Part shown: positions 54,474 through 63,459 of the stretch, in pieces
How positions within the stretch are numbered: the stretch's first letter is position 1
Layout: each line of letters opens with the position of its first letter
Virus genome (UHGV): UHGV-0212524
Strand: one strand, 5' to 3'
Source: a virus
DNA length: 64,000 bases
The notes under the pieces: generated by a model
What the model saw: only the letters and a program-made list of their open reading frames with translations
Database searches by the model: none
Told to the model about the DNA's origin: nothing
Position numbers and translations under genes: made by a program

Positions 54474-54935
54474 ATGAAAACCTTTACCACATTCTTAATA
54501 ACCATTTTAACTTTCGGCCTCAATAGCGCACACGCCGCTATCAATAGCTGGGAACAAATACAAAACCCTGGCCAGGTAGTTTACGAAATCGAAGACACCG
54601 CCGGAAACGGACTGTCTATCAACTGTGACACTGAAACTGCGAATCGCAAATTTTACGGTCGGATGGTTTGGTATTACGGGGAACCCGTAGGTGCAACTAA
54701 CGCTGAAGATAACACGATGGATATTGTCGTAAACGGCAAAACCTATAACATCCCTACCGTGGACGGTAGTGACAAAGCAGAACTCGCTTGGGTTGCTTTC
54801 GTTAATGCTATCGGTAATGCCAAAACTTTCAGTGTGAGTATCAATGGTAACGATGCCGCTAACTTTACCGTAGAAGGCGATCGTTTATCTGAAACTTTCT
54901 TCCAGAACTGTGGACACACCCGTCCTAACAAATAA
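54474..54935 (+). CDS. secreted small protein (signal peptide), first of five
   Basis: Start at internal ATG with AAGGAG RBS; MKTFTTFLITILTFGLNSAHA signal-like N-terminus. Confidence 0.55.
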   Translation: MKTFTTFLITILTFGLNSAHAAINSWEQIQNPGQVVYEIEDTAGNGLSINCDTETANRKFYGRMVWYYGEPVGATNAEDNTMDIVVNGKTYNIPTVDGSDKAELAWVAFVNAIGNAKTFSVSINGNDAANFTVEGDRLSETFFQNCGHTRPNK

Positions 54936-54963
54936 CTAATAATCTTTTTTAGAGTGCGTGAAA

Positions 54964-55350
54964 ATGAATATCAGAACTATACTTTATACCATCATTATTT
55001 TCTGTGCAATCGGTATTACTGGCACTTATGCTTTCGGCGATTCGGACGTCCGCCATTACGAACCGGCTCCTGACTCACCCATTATCAACCCGGACGAGTC
55101 ACCTACGTTAATGCGCAGTTTCGGTAAACTGCAAGTTTATCGCTTAGTACGCGGTGAAACGTGTACCGGATTACTCATTGCCGACACCCGTGCACAAGTC
55201 TACCAACGTCTGACGGATATCGCCTGCGAACAACCAAAAGTCATGTCGGTCAGTATTCATCCGTTAGAGGTCGGAAACTATACTGCTGTGGACTTCTTCC
55301 ATAATGCAGAACTGATTGGCCGTATTACTTTAAATCGTAGCGCTGAATAA
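54964..55350 (+). CDS. secreted small protein (signal peptide)
   Basis: MNIRTILYTIIIFCAIGITGTYAFG hydrophobic N-terminus; 2 Cys in mature part; start uncertain (54958 GTG or 54964 ATG). Confidence 0.5.
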   Translation: MNIRTILYTIIIFCAIGITGTYAFGDSDVRHYEPAPDSPIINPDESPTLMRSFGKLQVYRLVRGETCTGLLIADTRAQVYQRLTDIACEQPKVMSVSIHPLEVGNYTAVDFFHNAELIGRITLNRSAE

Positions 55351-55368
55351 TTTAATGGAGAATTTACA

Positions 55369-55851
55369 ATGAAACGTTTACATACCCTGATGTTCTTCGT
55401 GGCTATTCTGTTCACAGGCTTTACCTTTAACGCAGAAGCGGCTACCGTAAAACAAGCACTTAGCTGTAACCCGGAAGCCTGGGCTGAACAACCTGGAGCG
55501 TGTCCTGATATCAACACACTCTATACTGACGATGCGACTTATAAAGCCGCAATCGATAAAGCGTTGAAACCGGTCGGACTAGACGGATTATTCGGTAAAG
55601 ATGGTGTAATGAATGGTCCTGGCGGCGATGTTATTCCCGTGCAAATCAACGGCAAAGTCTGGCTTGAGTCTACCGCTTGCAAAAGCAATGCTTGTGGTTG
55701 GGAATACATCACGACGCTTTATAACCCTCAGACCCATGTCGTAGTAGGTTACTATTACAACGTCGACCCAGGTTATCTGGTTTGGTTTGGCGATATCGGC
55801 GTTAATGAATTCGCCTATCTGGTTAAGAAATACGTAGCTGCGGTTAACTAA
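55369..55851 (+). CDS. secreted small protein (signal peptide)
   Basis: MKRLHTLMFFVAILFTGFTFNAEA signal peptide with AxA-like site; 4 Cys in mature part. Confidence 0.55.
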   Translation: MKRLHTLMFFVAILFTGFTFNAEAATVKQALSCNPEAWAEQPGACPDINTLYTDDATYKAAIDKALKPVGLDGLFGKDGVMNGPGGDVIPVQINGKVWLESTACKSNACGWEYITTLYNPQTHVVVGYYYNVDPGYLVWFGDIGVNEFAYLVKKYVAAVN

Positions 55852-55866
55852 TTTAAGGAGTCTGTC

Positions 55867-56277
55867 ATGAAAACGTTTATCAAAACTTTACTCGTTGCTG
55901 TAACTGTTCTGTTCTCTCTTAACGTAGCAGCAAAAACAGTAAAACTACCGGCGGGTATCAAATACGTCAACAGTACCGACGAATTCTACTGCACAGAAAT
56001 TGACGGTCTGTATTGCCAGACAAAGAATTTGTTTGAATACAAAGGTAACAGGTATGTTTTCGTTGTTGAGCAAGGCGGTGCCTGGTGCTACGACAGCCCT
56101 ATGTCGGTGCTCAATCTGGAAACTTGGAAAGCACAGAAAATTGAATACAAAGACAACCAACTGTGTTCAGGCGAAAACAAACCGTTCTTCAAAATCAAAA
56201 ATGGTGTGCCGACTGTAGGTGTTATCGACACCTCTGGAGCACCCATCGTTGTCGCTCAGGACAAACTTAAAATCTAA
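55867..56277 (+). CDS. secreted small protein (signal peptide)
   Basis: MKTFIKTLLVAVTVLFSLNVAA signal peptide; 4 Cys; AAGGAG RBS. Confidence 0.55.
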   Translation: MKTFIKTLLVAVTVLFSLNVAAKTVKLPAGIKYVNSTDEFYCTEIDGLYCQTKNLFEYKGNRYVFVVEQGGAWCYDSPMSVLNLETWKAQKIEYKDNQLCSGENKPFFKIKNGVPTVGVIDTSGAPIVVAQDKLKI

Positions 56278-56287
56278 GGAGTAAACC

Positions 56288-56677
56288 ATGCGTCTTATCT
56301 GCGCTTTGTTGGCGTTTTTCTCAATCGGAGTTATGGCTTCTACACACATCGACGATTTATTACTTACCCCGGCAACGAACACAGACTATCACTACAACCC
56401 ACCGGGTTTTGAAGTCTGCGAAGGCGATGCAGGCGAGTGCCAAGAAGTTGGCGCAGATGGACGCTATATACTCGTAAAAGCAGACGGCGGAACAACCTGC
56501 CCTGCGGGTTATTATTTCGTACTTGACGCTGTAGCAAAAGAGGTGCTTCCTGTAACGACCAAAACGTGTGACCCCACAGTTGTACTAACGCTTGCGAAAA
56601 GCAAATCACGTGACCGTCATCTTATCGTCATCGAAGAACGCGGTGAGATGCTAGGCGCTATCGAATTAGATTACTGA
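56288..56677 (+). CDS. secreted small protein (signal peptide)
   Basis: MRLICALLAFFSIGVMAS signal-like N-terminus; 4 Cys; AAGGAG RBS; terminator follows. Confidence 0.55.
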   Translation: MRLICALLAFFSIGVMASTHIDDLLLTPATNTDYHYNPPGFEVCEGDAGECQEVGADGRYILVKADGGTTCPAGYYFVLDAVAKEVLPVTTKTCDPTVVLTLAKSKSRDRHLIVIEERGEMLGAIELDY

Positions 56678-56688
56678 TGTGTAGTCTT

Positions 56689-56726
56689 GACCCCGGTTCG
56701 TTCCGATTCGTCCGGGGTCCTTTTTA
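56689..56726 (+). terminator. rho-independent terminator
   Basis: GACCCCGG..CCGGGGTC hairpin + CTTTTTAC after the secreted-protein cluster. Confidence 0.7.
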
Positions 56727-56756
56727 CGACCTGTTTTACCTAAAGGAGAATTAAAA

Positions 56757-57233
56757 ATGCGTTTATCTAATGTTTATCAAGCGGCCCAATTCCATCACGA
56801 ACTGACGGCTAAGCCTGAGTATATTCGCCACAACTTAACGGTGGCTTGGAAACTGTTATTGATTGCTGATGCAGCACGACACAACGACCAGGAAACTATT
56901 ATCAAAACCGTGCGTACTTTACGCCCTATTGATCTGGAAACAATTTGGTCGTTTGACTTAACTCGAATTTATCATCGTCGCTTTAATGCGGCGGTGGATG
57001 CGATACGTCCTTATTTCCACTATTTGCAAGCAACATCAGACTGTGGTCCATCCTTAGAGTGGGTCTTGGTACAAAGCGTATGGAGCGATTACATTTATCT
57101 CCTATCTTTAGAGACGGGTGAATGCATTATCGCTAACGAGGTATTCTCAACCAACGCTGAAATGTATCGTTCCCACGCTACTATCCAGGGTGTCTCACAG
57201 CCTATCTTATCACTCACGCACTTAGGGCTGTGA
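56757..57233 (+). CDS. hypothetical protein
   Basis: 158 aa; AAGGAG RBS; flanked by terminators. Confidence 0.55.
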   Translation: MRLSNVYQAAQFHHELTAKPEYIRHNLTVAWKLLLIADAARHNDQETIIKTVRTLRPIDLETIWSFDLTRIYHRRFNAAVDAIRPYFHYLQATSDCGPSLEWVLVQSVWSDYIYLLSLETGECIIANEVFSTNAEMYRSHATIQGVSQPILSLTHLGL

Positions 57234-57241
57234 TTAGCCCG

Positions 57242-57270
57242 GCCCCGCTGTGTACGGGGCTTCTTTTTTG
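57242..57270 (+). terminator. rho-independent terminator
   Basis: GCCCCG-CTGTGTA-CGGGGC + TTCTTTTTTG. Confidence 0.75.
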
Positions 57271-57287
57271 CCCAAGGAAACTGAAAC

Positions 57288-57896
57288 ATGAACGAAATTA
57301 CTTTGGTTCGTTTTATTGAAGCGATGCGTCAAAACGAAGCTAATCCACACTCTCCGTTATTTATTGATTTGATGGAAGAAGAAGTAGAAGGGTTCTTAGC
57401 GTACCCGCGTTTGAAAGCATATTTTGAACGTAAAACACCAACCGCTTACGAAAAGCTAATGTACGCGTTAGATAACCGTACTACGTTGAACACCACACCG
57501 TTTAAAGCGCTGGAAGCAATAGACCCTACCGGGGGTGCAGGTATCCCACAACGTGTTGTGTTCTACTACATCGACAACGGGCGTATTAAGGCCGACGTTG
57601 TAAATTGGATCTCTGAAGGGGAAATCCCAGAAACGCGTACCTTTAACCTCTGCCCAGTGGAAGAAGGTTGGGTTGCAGGAACACATTATTCCTATCCGTA
57701 CCAAAGCATCAAATCGCCATATCTGTATCCGGTGTATTTGGATGACGTTACACCAGGGAAATGTGTTCCCGTTACCAATCTGATTTGTTTACTGACGATG
57801 GAAGTTGTTGCGTCAGATGCAGGCCAGGCTTGGGTTGAGCAATCGAAAAATATCCAAAACTGGCAGGAGATGGGTTACAAACTCTACCAGCCGTAA
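57288..57896 (+). CDS. hypothetical protein
   Basis: 202 aa; AAGGAAA RBS; terminator follows. Confidence 0.55.
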   Translation: MNEITLVRFIEAMRQNEANPHSPLFIDLMEEEVEGFLAYPRLKAYFERKTPTAYEKLMYALDNRTTLNTTPFKALEAIDPTGGAGIPQRVVFYYIDNGRIKADVVNWISEGEIPETRTFNLCPVEEGWVAGTHYSYPYQSIKSPYLYPVYLDDVTPGKCVPVTNLICLLTMEVVASDAGQAWVEQSKNIQNWQEMGYKLYQP

Positions 57897-57902
57897 TACC
57901 GC

Positions 57903-57950
57903 GAGAGAACCTTCGGGTTCTCTCCCTTCTCTTTTATTTTTTTTCTTTTT
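57903..57950 (+). terminator. rho-independent terminator
   Basis: GAGAGAACC-TTCG-GGTTCTCTC + long T-rich tract. Confidence 0.8.
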
Positions 57951-57980
57951 ACACCACGCTCCGTGAATATGGAGGTGGAC

Positions 57981-60485
57981 ATGTTAAAAGTTGAACGTAT
58001 TGTACTTAAAGGATTTACCGGAATGGGGTTACACGAAATCGAAACCTTCGATTTTACTATCCATTCCCCAACCACCATTATCCTCGGTGGTAACGGCTGC
58101 GGTAAGACCAGCTTACTGTCCGTGTTTCTACCTATCGCACCTTCGAAATCCGAATTCCGTGACGGGGGTTCTTACACCAATATCTGTTTGGTTAACGACC
58201 ATCGTTACAAATTTAAGGTTGCACGTAAAGGCAACTCATTGGTTTGCGATATCGAGAACCTGACGACGGGTACCAAAATCGTCGAGCAAGGTAATGCGAA
58301 AGTGTATAACTCTCGCGTAGAAGAAATCACGGGCATTACAAAAGAGATTAAAGAGTTACTGAACGGGGAAGTGCTTTTAACGGATGCAGGAACGGAACTG
58401 CGCCGTAAGTGGTTCTACCGTTTAAGTACGTCAGACTTAACTTACGCGTTAGGTTTTTATCAACGTTTACGAAAAAACCTGACGATGCTAAACGGTGGTA
58501 TTGAAATCACCAGCCGCAAGATTGCAGAGTTGCGTACCCGCGTAATTGATAACGAAGAGGAACGTCAGCAATTAGCAACGCGGTTAAAAGCGTTAGAAGC
58601 GGATTTACGTGAACTCAACAAACAGATTGAACAACTGCCTGGTCTGAATCGTGACGTTACGGTGGCAACGATTCAATCGCTATTGCTTAAAATCGAAGCA
58701 CCGATTAATGCTATCTTGGAACACCGTGGCGGATTACCTACGGAAGAACAAGTAGAGGAAGCACGACGGATTGAAGCCACTGCCCGTGAAGCGGTGGTCT
58801 CTGCTGAAACAGAACTATCCATGCTAAACAAAGATTTGTCTTTGTTGATGGACGAGTCCACTCGCCAAGATTACCTGATGCGGAATCACGAGGGGTTAAA
58901 AAACACGGTTGCGAAACTACGCGAGTTAATAAAGCAGTGGGACACTGAGCACCTTTTCCCTGAACTGTTTGCAGAGACCGTTAACATCGACCAGCTTAAA
59001 GCAGCAACCGATGCGCGTGTCTGGGGACAACGTTTAGGAACAACACTGGATGCTATTAAGTCAACGGAGCGGTTGAACGTACTGGAAGAGAAACTGTTGA
59101 CCTTAGACCAAAACTCATCTGGGTTGCGTGACAGGTTACAGCGTGTTGAAAATGTATTGCAGAATCTCAACCACGAACGGAATCACTATTTGGAAACCGC
59201 CGAGGTTGATTGTCCGCAGTGTCAATTTAAATTCCGTCCGGGTGTCCGTCGTTCTTTGCCTGAATTGGAAGAAGCCATTCGTGGACAAATGGAGCAACGT
59301 AATACGTTACAGACTCAACTTGATTCCGTATTGCGAGACCGTACGGAATTAGAGTCGGACGTTAATTACATGCGTCAAGTACGGGAAATCGTTTTAACAT
59401 ACTCGAAAGACCCGGTATTGAGTTTGTTCTTTAAACGTCTCCAGGAGCGGAATGTCTTTACGGATAACCGCAGTCAGTTTGGCAGTCTGTGCGCAGAGTT
59501 CGATCGTGAACTTTATTCCGCAATTGAGTACCACGAAACGAAACAGCGTTTTGCTAAAGCGGAAAAAGAGTGGGAAAATGCGGTTGCAGCGGTAGGTAAC
59601 GTTGACGGTGCACTACAGCAGAAAATTGCCTTCCAGCAGGAACGTTTGGGTAAGGCAACAGAAACGCTCTCAGAGCGCCGTAGAGAGCACGCAGTTGCTA
59701 ATGATACCTTTTGTTATCTAAACGAACTTAAAGTCACTGTAGACAATTTTAATGCGGTTTTTGAGCGTTTAGAGAACGACGTTAAGGTAACATTAACCAA
59801 CACGGTGGTCGAAACGTTATTAAACGCCCGAGAAAACAAGTTGGATGCGTTCACCACAGCACGGGAAAGGTACCGTCAGATGGAAAACGAACTCAACCAA
59901 CTTACTGCGTTAGAAAAGGAGTTATCGGATTTACAAGCGCAGCAATTTAATAACAAGCTGATGATTCAAGCGTTCTCGCCCGAGAAAGGGGTATTACGCA
60001 AATACTTCTACAACGCTATCGTGAGAATCACAGAATTAATGACGCGATATATCGAACAAGTCTGGACCTACCCTATGCGGGTCATGCCGTGTGACTTAAC
60101 CGACGGTGACTTAGACTACACGTTCCCAGTGCAGTTGAAAACTCATCCTGAACCGGTACCTGACGTGCGGAAAGGGTCGAAAGCGCAGCGGGCCATCTTT
60201 AATTTGATGTTTCGTTTAACCGCTTACAAAGCCCTGAAACTTCATCAGTATCCGCTACTGTTGGATGAACCGTCAGAAGGGATGGATGAGGAACACCGAA
60301 ATAATCTTGTCGGGTTTATTAAAACCCTGGCGAATTCCGGTGAGTTCTCTCAGTTACTGGTGGTATCTCACGAAGCAGAAATTCATTCAAAACTTAACGA
60401 AGCCGCATACTGTGTTATTGAACCTGAAGGCGTAACACTGCCTGCGGTTTACAACGAAGGAGTAAAAATTGTCTACGCAAACTGA
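57981..60485 (+). CDS. Rad50/SbcC-like ATPase (Walker A/B, coiled coil, central CxxC zinc hook)
   Basis: Start at ATG 57981 (GGAGGTG RBS); GGNGCGKTS Walker A; long coiled coil; central CPQC; LLLDEPSEGMD Walker B; VVSHEAE. Confidence 0.6.
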   Translation: MLKVERIVLKGFTGMGLHEIETFDFTIHSPTTIILGGNGCGKTSLLSVFLPIAPSKSEFRDGGSYTNICLVNDHRYKFKVARKGNSLVCDIENLTTGTKIVEQGNAKVYNSRVEEITGITKEIKELLNGEVLLTDAGTELRRKWFYRLSTSDLTYALGFYQRLRKNLTMLNGGIEITSRKIAELRTRVIDNEEERQQLATRLKALEADLRELNKQIEQLPGLNRDVTVATIQSLLLKIEAPINAILEHRGGLPTEEQVEEARRIEATAREAVVSAETELSMLNKDLSLLMDESTRQDYLMRNHEGLKNTVAKLRELIKQWDTEHLFPELFAETVNIDQLKAATDARVWGQRLGTTLDAIKSTERLNVLEEKLLTLDQNSSGLRDRLQRVENVLQNLNHERNHYLETAEVDCPQCQFKFRPGVRRSLPELEEAIRGQMEQRNTLQTQLDSVLRDRTELESDVNYMRQVREIVLTYSKDPVLSLFFKRLQERNVFTDNRSQFGSLCAEFDRELYSAIEYHETKQRFAKAEKEWENAVAAVGNVDGALQQKIAFQQERLGKATETLSERRREHAVANDTFCYLNELKVTVDNFNAVFERLENDVKVTLTNTVVETLLNARENKLDAFTTARERYRQMENELNQLTALEKELSDLQAQQFNNKLMIQAFSPEKGVLRKYFYNAIVRITELMTRYIEQVWTYPMRVMPCDLTDGDLDYTFPVQLKTHPEPVPDVRKGSKAQRAIFNLMFRLTAYKALKLHQYPLLLDEPSEGMDEEHRNNLVGFIKTLANSGEFSQLLVVSHEAEIHSKLNEAAYCVIEPEGVTLPAVYNEGVKIVYAN

Positions 60486-60669
60486 TTGGTGGCGTCAGTT
60501 ACTAAGCGTTTTAGGGTTTAGCGTCATGGTGCTGGTTGCCATTCTGTACGTGCTATTTTGTATAACGGCGATTTTATGGGTGGTCTTAGCGTACGCGATT
60601 AGACTCGCCTGGGGTTCAATTTGGCACCAACGCGAATGTGAGTGGCGGTGTGTTGGAGGGAAGTCATGA
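60469..60669 (+). CDS. small membrane protein (two hydrophobic helices)
   Basis: 66 aa; TTG start with GAAGGAG RBS; overlaps ATPase gene end. Confidence 0.4.
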   Translation: MSTQTDWWRQLLSVLGFSVMVLVAILYVLFCITAILWVVLAYAIRLAWGSIWHQRECEWRCVGGKS

Positions 60670-60776
60670 TTGAGGGTATTCTGTTAACACTTGGGTCGTT
60701 GTGGGTTATTGGGAAATCTCTCAACTGGCTGATTAATAAGTACGGATGGGCTTTCAAAGGCTCTACGCACAGTTAA
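60666..60776 (+). CDS. small hydrophobic peptide (36 aa)
   Basis: ATGA overlap with upstream stop; MIEGILLTLGSLWVIGKSLNWLINKYGWAFKGSTHS. Confidence 0.3.
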   Translation: MIEGILLTLGSLWVIGKSLNWLINKYGWAFKGSTHS

Positions 60777-60784
60777 GTTAGAAC

Positions 60785-60814
60785 CCCCTCCTGGGTAACT
60801 GGGAGGGCGTTTTA
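60785..60814 (+). terminator. hairpin terminator
   Basis: CCCTCC..GGAGGG stem + GCGTTTTAC. Confidence 0.5.
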
Positions 60815-60826
60815 CGAGGGAAAACC

Positions 60827-60955
60827 ATGACTGTTGTCAATACTACCAATGCTGCAATCGGCGCTTTATATAACGCGGAACTAACATGGGGTGCGGGTTT
60901 TATTACCGTACTGCTTCTCGCCGCAGCCGCTTTTATCATTGGACGTTGGTTTTAA
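60827..60955 (+). CDS. small hydrophobic peptide (42 aa)
   Basis: ATG after hairpin; MTVVNTTNAAIGALYNAELTWGAGFITVLLLAAAAFIIGRWF. Confidence 0.3.
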   Translation: MTVVNTTNAAIGALYNAELTWGAGFITVLLLAAAAFIIGRWF

Positions 60956-60987
60956 TTTCATCTTTTTGCGTCTGTAAGGTCTGATAA

Positions 60988-61431
60988 ATGGAAATTTATT
61001 TGTTGAACGCACTTTCTAAAATCGGTGAAGAACAAGCGAAAGATTTACTCGCACTCCATTACCGTTACTTAGATCACCAAGCAACGATGCTGAAAATCAA
61101 AACCGCTGTACCGAAATTAAACGTGCGTCAACTGATCGAAGGCAACTGTGTTGTTCTGATTTATATCGACGATGTTGCGGTAGGTTATTGCAGTTACCGT
61201 AATCGCAACGGGGTACTCAAAATTCGTTCGTTATACGTGCTGCCTGATTACCGTCAGCGCGGGGTAATGAAAGAAATCTTCAAAGCGATAGCCGCTGATG
61301 AAGCATTCGGTGAAATTGCCATTGGGATGTACACGAAGTGCAAAGAAGCGAAAGAGTATTTCATTCGTCGTGGCTACAAAGCAACCTATTCTCACGATAA
61401 AGAATGGGTGGATTTCAGCAAAACTTTCTAA
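60988..61431 (+). CDS. GNAT-family acetyltransferase-like protein
   Basis: 147 aa; VLPDYRQRGVMKEIFKAI resembles the GNAT acetyl-CoA-binding motif. Confidence 0.45.
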   Translation: MEIYLLNALSKIGEEQAKDLLALHYRYLDHQATMLKIKTAVPKLNVRQLIEGNCVVLIYIDDVAVGYCSYRNRNGVLKIRSLYVLPDYRQRGVMKEIFKAIAADEAFGEIAIGMYTKCKEAKEYFIRRGYKATYSHDKEWVDFSKTF

Positions 61432-61497
61432 AACAATAAAGGCTCTCTTGACGTTCCTCACTATGAGTGTGAGATTTTTACGTCAGGAGAGCTACTT

Positions 61498-61734
61498 ATG
61501 TTAAACAGTTTCGGTGTAGGTGGAATGGATACAAGCATTTGCTGGAAAGAATACGAACGCGCAAAAGCATTTCTCCAGCATCCCAACGTGGGCAAGATCG
61601 GTCAGGTGTGTTTTGGTAAACCTGAACTGACGGCCTGTATTCAAGGCGCGTTAGGAACGCTGCCACCTGAATCACCTTTCGAGCCTAAGGAGAATCCAGA
61701 TGTTACCAGGAACCCAAACCCCGTACCTATTTAG
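61498..61734 (+). CDS. hypothetical protein
   Basis: 78 aa; AGGAGAG RBS. Confidence 0.45.
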   Translation: MLNSFGVGGMDTSICWKEYERAKAFLQHPNVGKIGQVCFGKPELTACIQGALGTLPPESPFEPKENPDVTRNPNPVPI

Positions 61735-62074
61735 TGAACCACTGGATAACAGCGACATCTTACAAATCTGTTATCAGTGTCACGAAATCGGTGGCAGTGA
61801 ACTTACGCGGGTTAATAAACTACTGTGGCTGATTCCAGAAATCGAATTACCGTTCGTTAAACCGAGTTTGTGGCGTCGTGGTGCGTGTCGTGAAGCGTAT
61901 ATGCTGTCAAGATTTAACATTAATCTGGAGAAGGTCTGGGAGAAGATGAACGACGCCCAAACCCGAGAACAGATTACGCACACGCTGGAATTGCACCTTG
62001 CCATGAAACGCCTCGGTCTCGAGCATGAAGGGCTAGAGTCCGTTATCAGTCAATGGGTGAAAAGGAATCGTTAA
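61700..62074 (+). CDS. hypothetical protein
   Basis: 124 aa; AAGGAG RBS; overlaps upstream ORF end. Confidence 0.5.
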   Translation: MLPGTQTPYLFSEPLDNSDILQICYQCHEIGGSELTRVNKLLWLIPEIELPFVKPSLWRRGACREAYMLSRFNINLEKVWEKMNDAQTREQITHTLELHLAMKRLGLEHEGLESVISQWVKRNR

Positions 62075-62147
62075 TGTCTAAAACGTATATAGCGATTTTG
62101 GTTGAGTTAGCGATTGGCGGAACGCGGTTTATCCCTGTGCATCAATT

Positions 62148-62672
62148 ATGCTTACCTCACTCGGTAAGACCGTTATGCTAACGATACTTCCAGAATCGGT
62201 TATTGACAACGACCTGTTTAACGCCCCTGAGCGCTTCAAGGTCGTTACGATAAATTGCGTAGGGGCAATGGGTCGGGGTATCGCTTTAGCGTGCAGAGAA
62301 CGCTATCCTGAGCTTTATCAGGACTACCGAGAACGTTGCTTCGCTAACGAAATACGAATAGGGAATGTGTACGTTTATCCCGAGGAAAACTGCATTCTCT
62401 TACCAACAAAAACACATTGGAAACTGAAATCCCAGGTTTCTTATGTTATCGCGGGTATCACCGCGTTGGCAGATGCCGCAGAAAACTTAGAGGGTGGGGT
62501 GGCTTTACCGCCGTTAGGGATGGCTAACGGTTGGTTGACAAAAGCTGAACGTCAACAAATCTTTTTGTTTATCGAAAAGAAACTCGTACCAAGGAGACAA
62601 CAATACTGTTTCTATTTACCCGATACGCTTTACCAAGAAGCAAAACCTTTAATTCCAAACCTTTTTAAATAG
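62148..62672 (+). CDS. macro-domain-like protein (putative ADP-ribose binding/hydrolase)
   Basis: 174 aa; VVTINCVGAMGRGIALA and GVALPPLGMANGWL resemble the two glycine-rich macro-domain loops; start uncertain. Confidence 0.45.
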   Translation: MLTSLGKTVMLTILPESVIDNDLFNAPERFKVVTINCVGAMGRGIALACRERYPELYQDYRERCFANEIRIGNVYVYPEENCILLPTKTHWKLKSQVSYVIAGITALADAAENLEGGVALPPLGMANGWLTKAERQQIFLFIEKKLVPRRQQYCFYLPDTLYQEAKPLIPNLFK

Positions 62673-62772
62673 ATATTATCATTAGGGCACACAACAAAGG
62701 AGTTCCAGCTGTCCGCGCCGTGATTTCGTTCTACGGAACACGGAAATGTATAAATCCAACTGGAGAACTAGT

Positions 62773-63459
62773 ATGTTTCGTATTTTCTTTCTTTTACTGG
62801 TAACACTTTTCGCGTTTAACGCATACGCATCCAAATCCGCGCCCAATGCCAAACACCATCGTGAATTCGAAATGATTCAAGACCGTTTCGAACGGGTAAA
62901 ACCGTTGATTGTGGAAATCTCTCGAAAGCAGGGTGTCGATCCTAATTTGATGACCACGCTAATCTATCGAGAGTCACGGTTTAATCCGAAGGCGTATAAT
63001 CGAACGTCTAAAGCGCACAGTCTGGTTCAGATGCTACCGAGCACAAAGCGCAATTTGCTAAAACTCTACGGTGCCGAAATCGGACTTAGTCGCAATGCGG
63101 ATTTGTACAATCCTCGTAATGCGGTGCTATTGGCTTCCGTCTACGTTAAACATTTAGAAAAGGGGTTGACTAAACGACTCAAACGCAAGCCCACTATTGC
63201 AGAAATTGCATTGGCTTATCACTGGGGTGAAAGTGGTGCACACGCCAGGATTAAAAGCAAGTCTCGGGCAGCACAACGAGAAATGGCGAGCTTTATGAAA
63301 GATGCAACGTTCTACAGTGCGAAAATCGACAAGCCTGTAGCATCTCGTCAGCTTGCGTTTGCGAAGAAACCAGAACGCCAGATTCAGTTAGCGGAAGTTA
63401 ACCGAATTTGGGATACGATAAACACCAGTTTTCCATTTAAACAAGGAGTCACCCTTTGA
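62773..63459 (+). CDS. secreted lytic transglycosylase (SLT domain)
   Basis: Start at internal ATG (GGAGAA RBS); signal peptide MFRIFFLLLVTLFAFNAYA; YRESRFNPKAYN...LVQMLPST fits SLT ES..NP..Q motif. Confidence 0.6.
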   Translation: MFRIFFLLLVTLFAFNAYASKSAPNAKHHREFEMIQDRFERVKPLIVEISRKQGVDPNLMTTLIYRESRFNPKAYNRTSKAHSLVQMLPSTKRNLLKLYGAEIGLSRNADLYNPRNAVLLASVYVKHLEKGLTKRLKRKPTIAEIALAYHWGESGAHARIKSKSRAAQREMASFMKDATFYSAKIDKPVASRQLAFAKKPERQIQLAEVNRIWDTINTSFPFKQGVTL

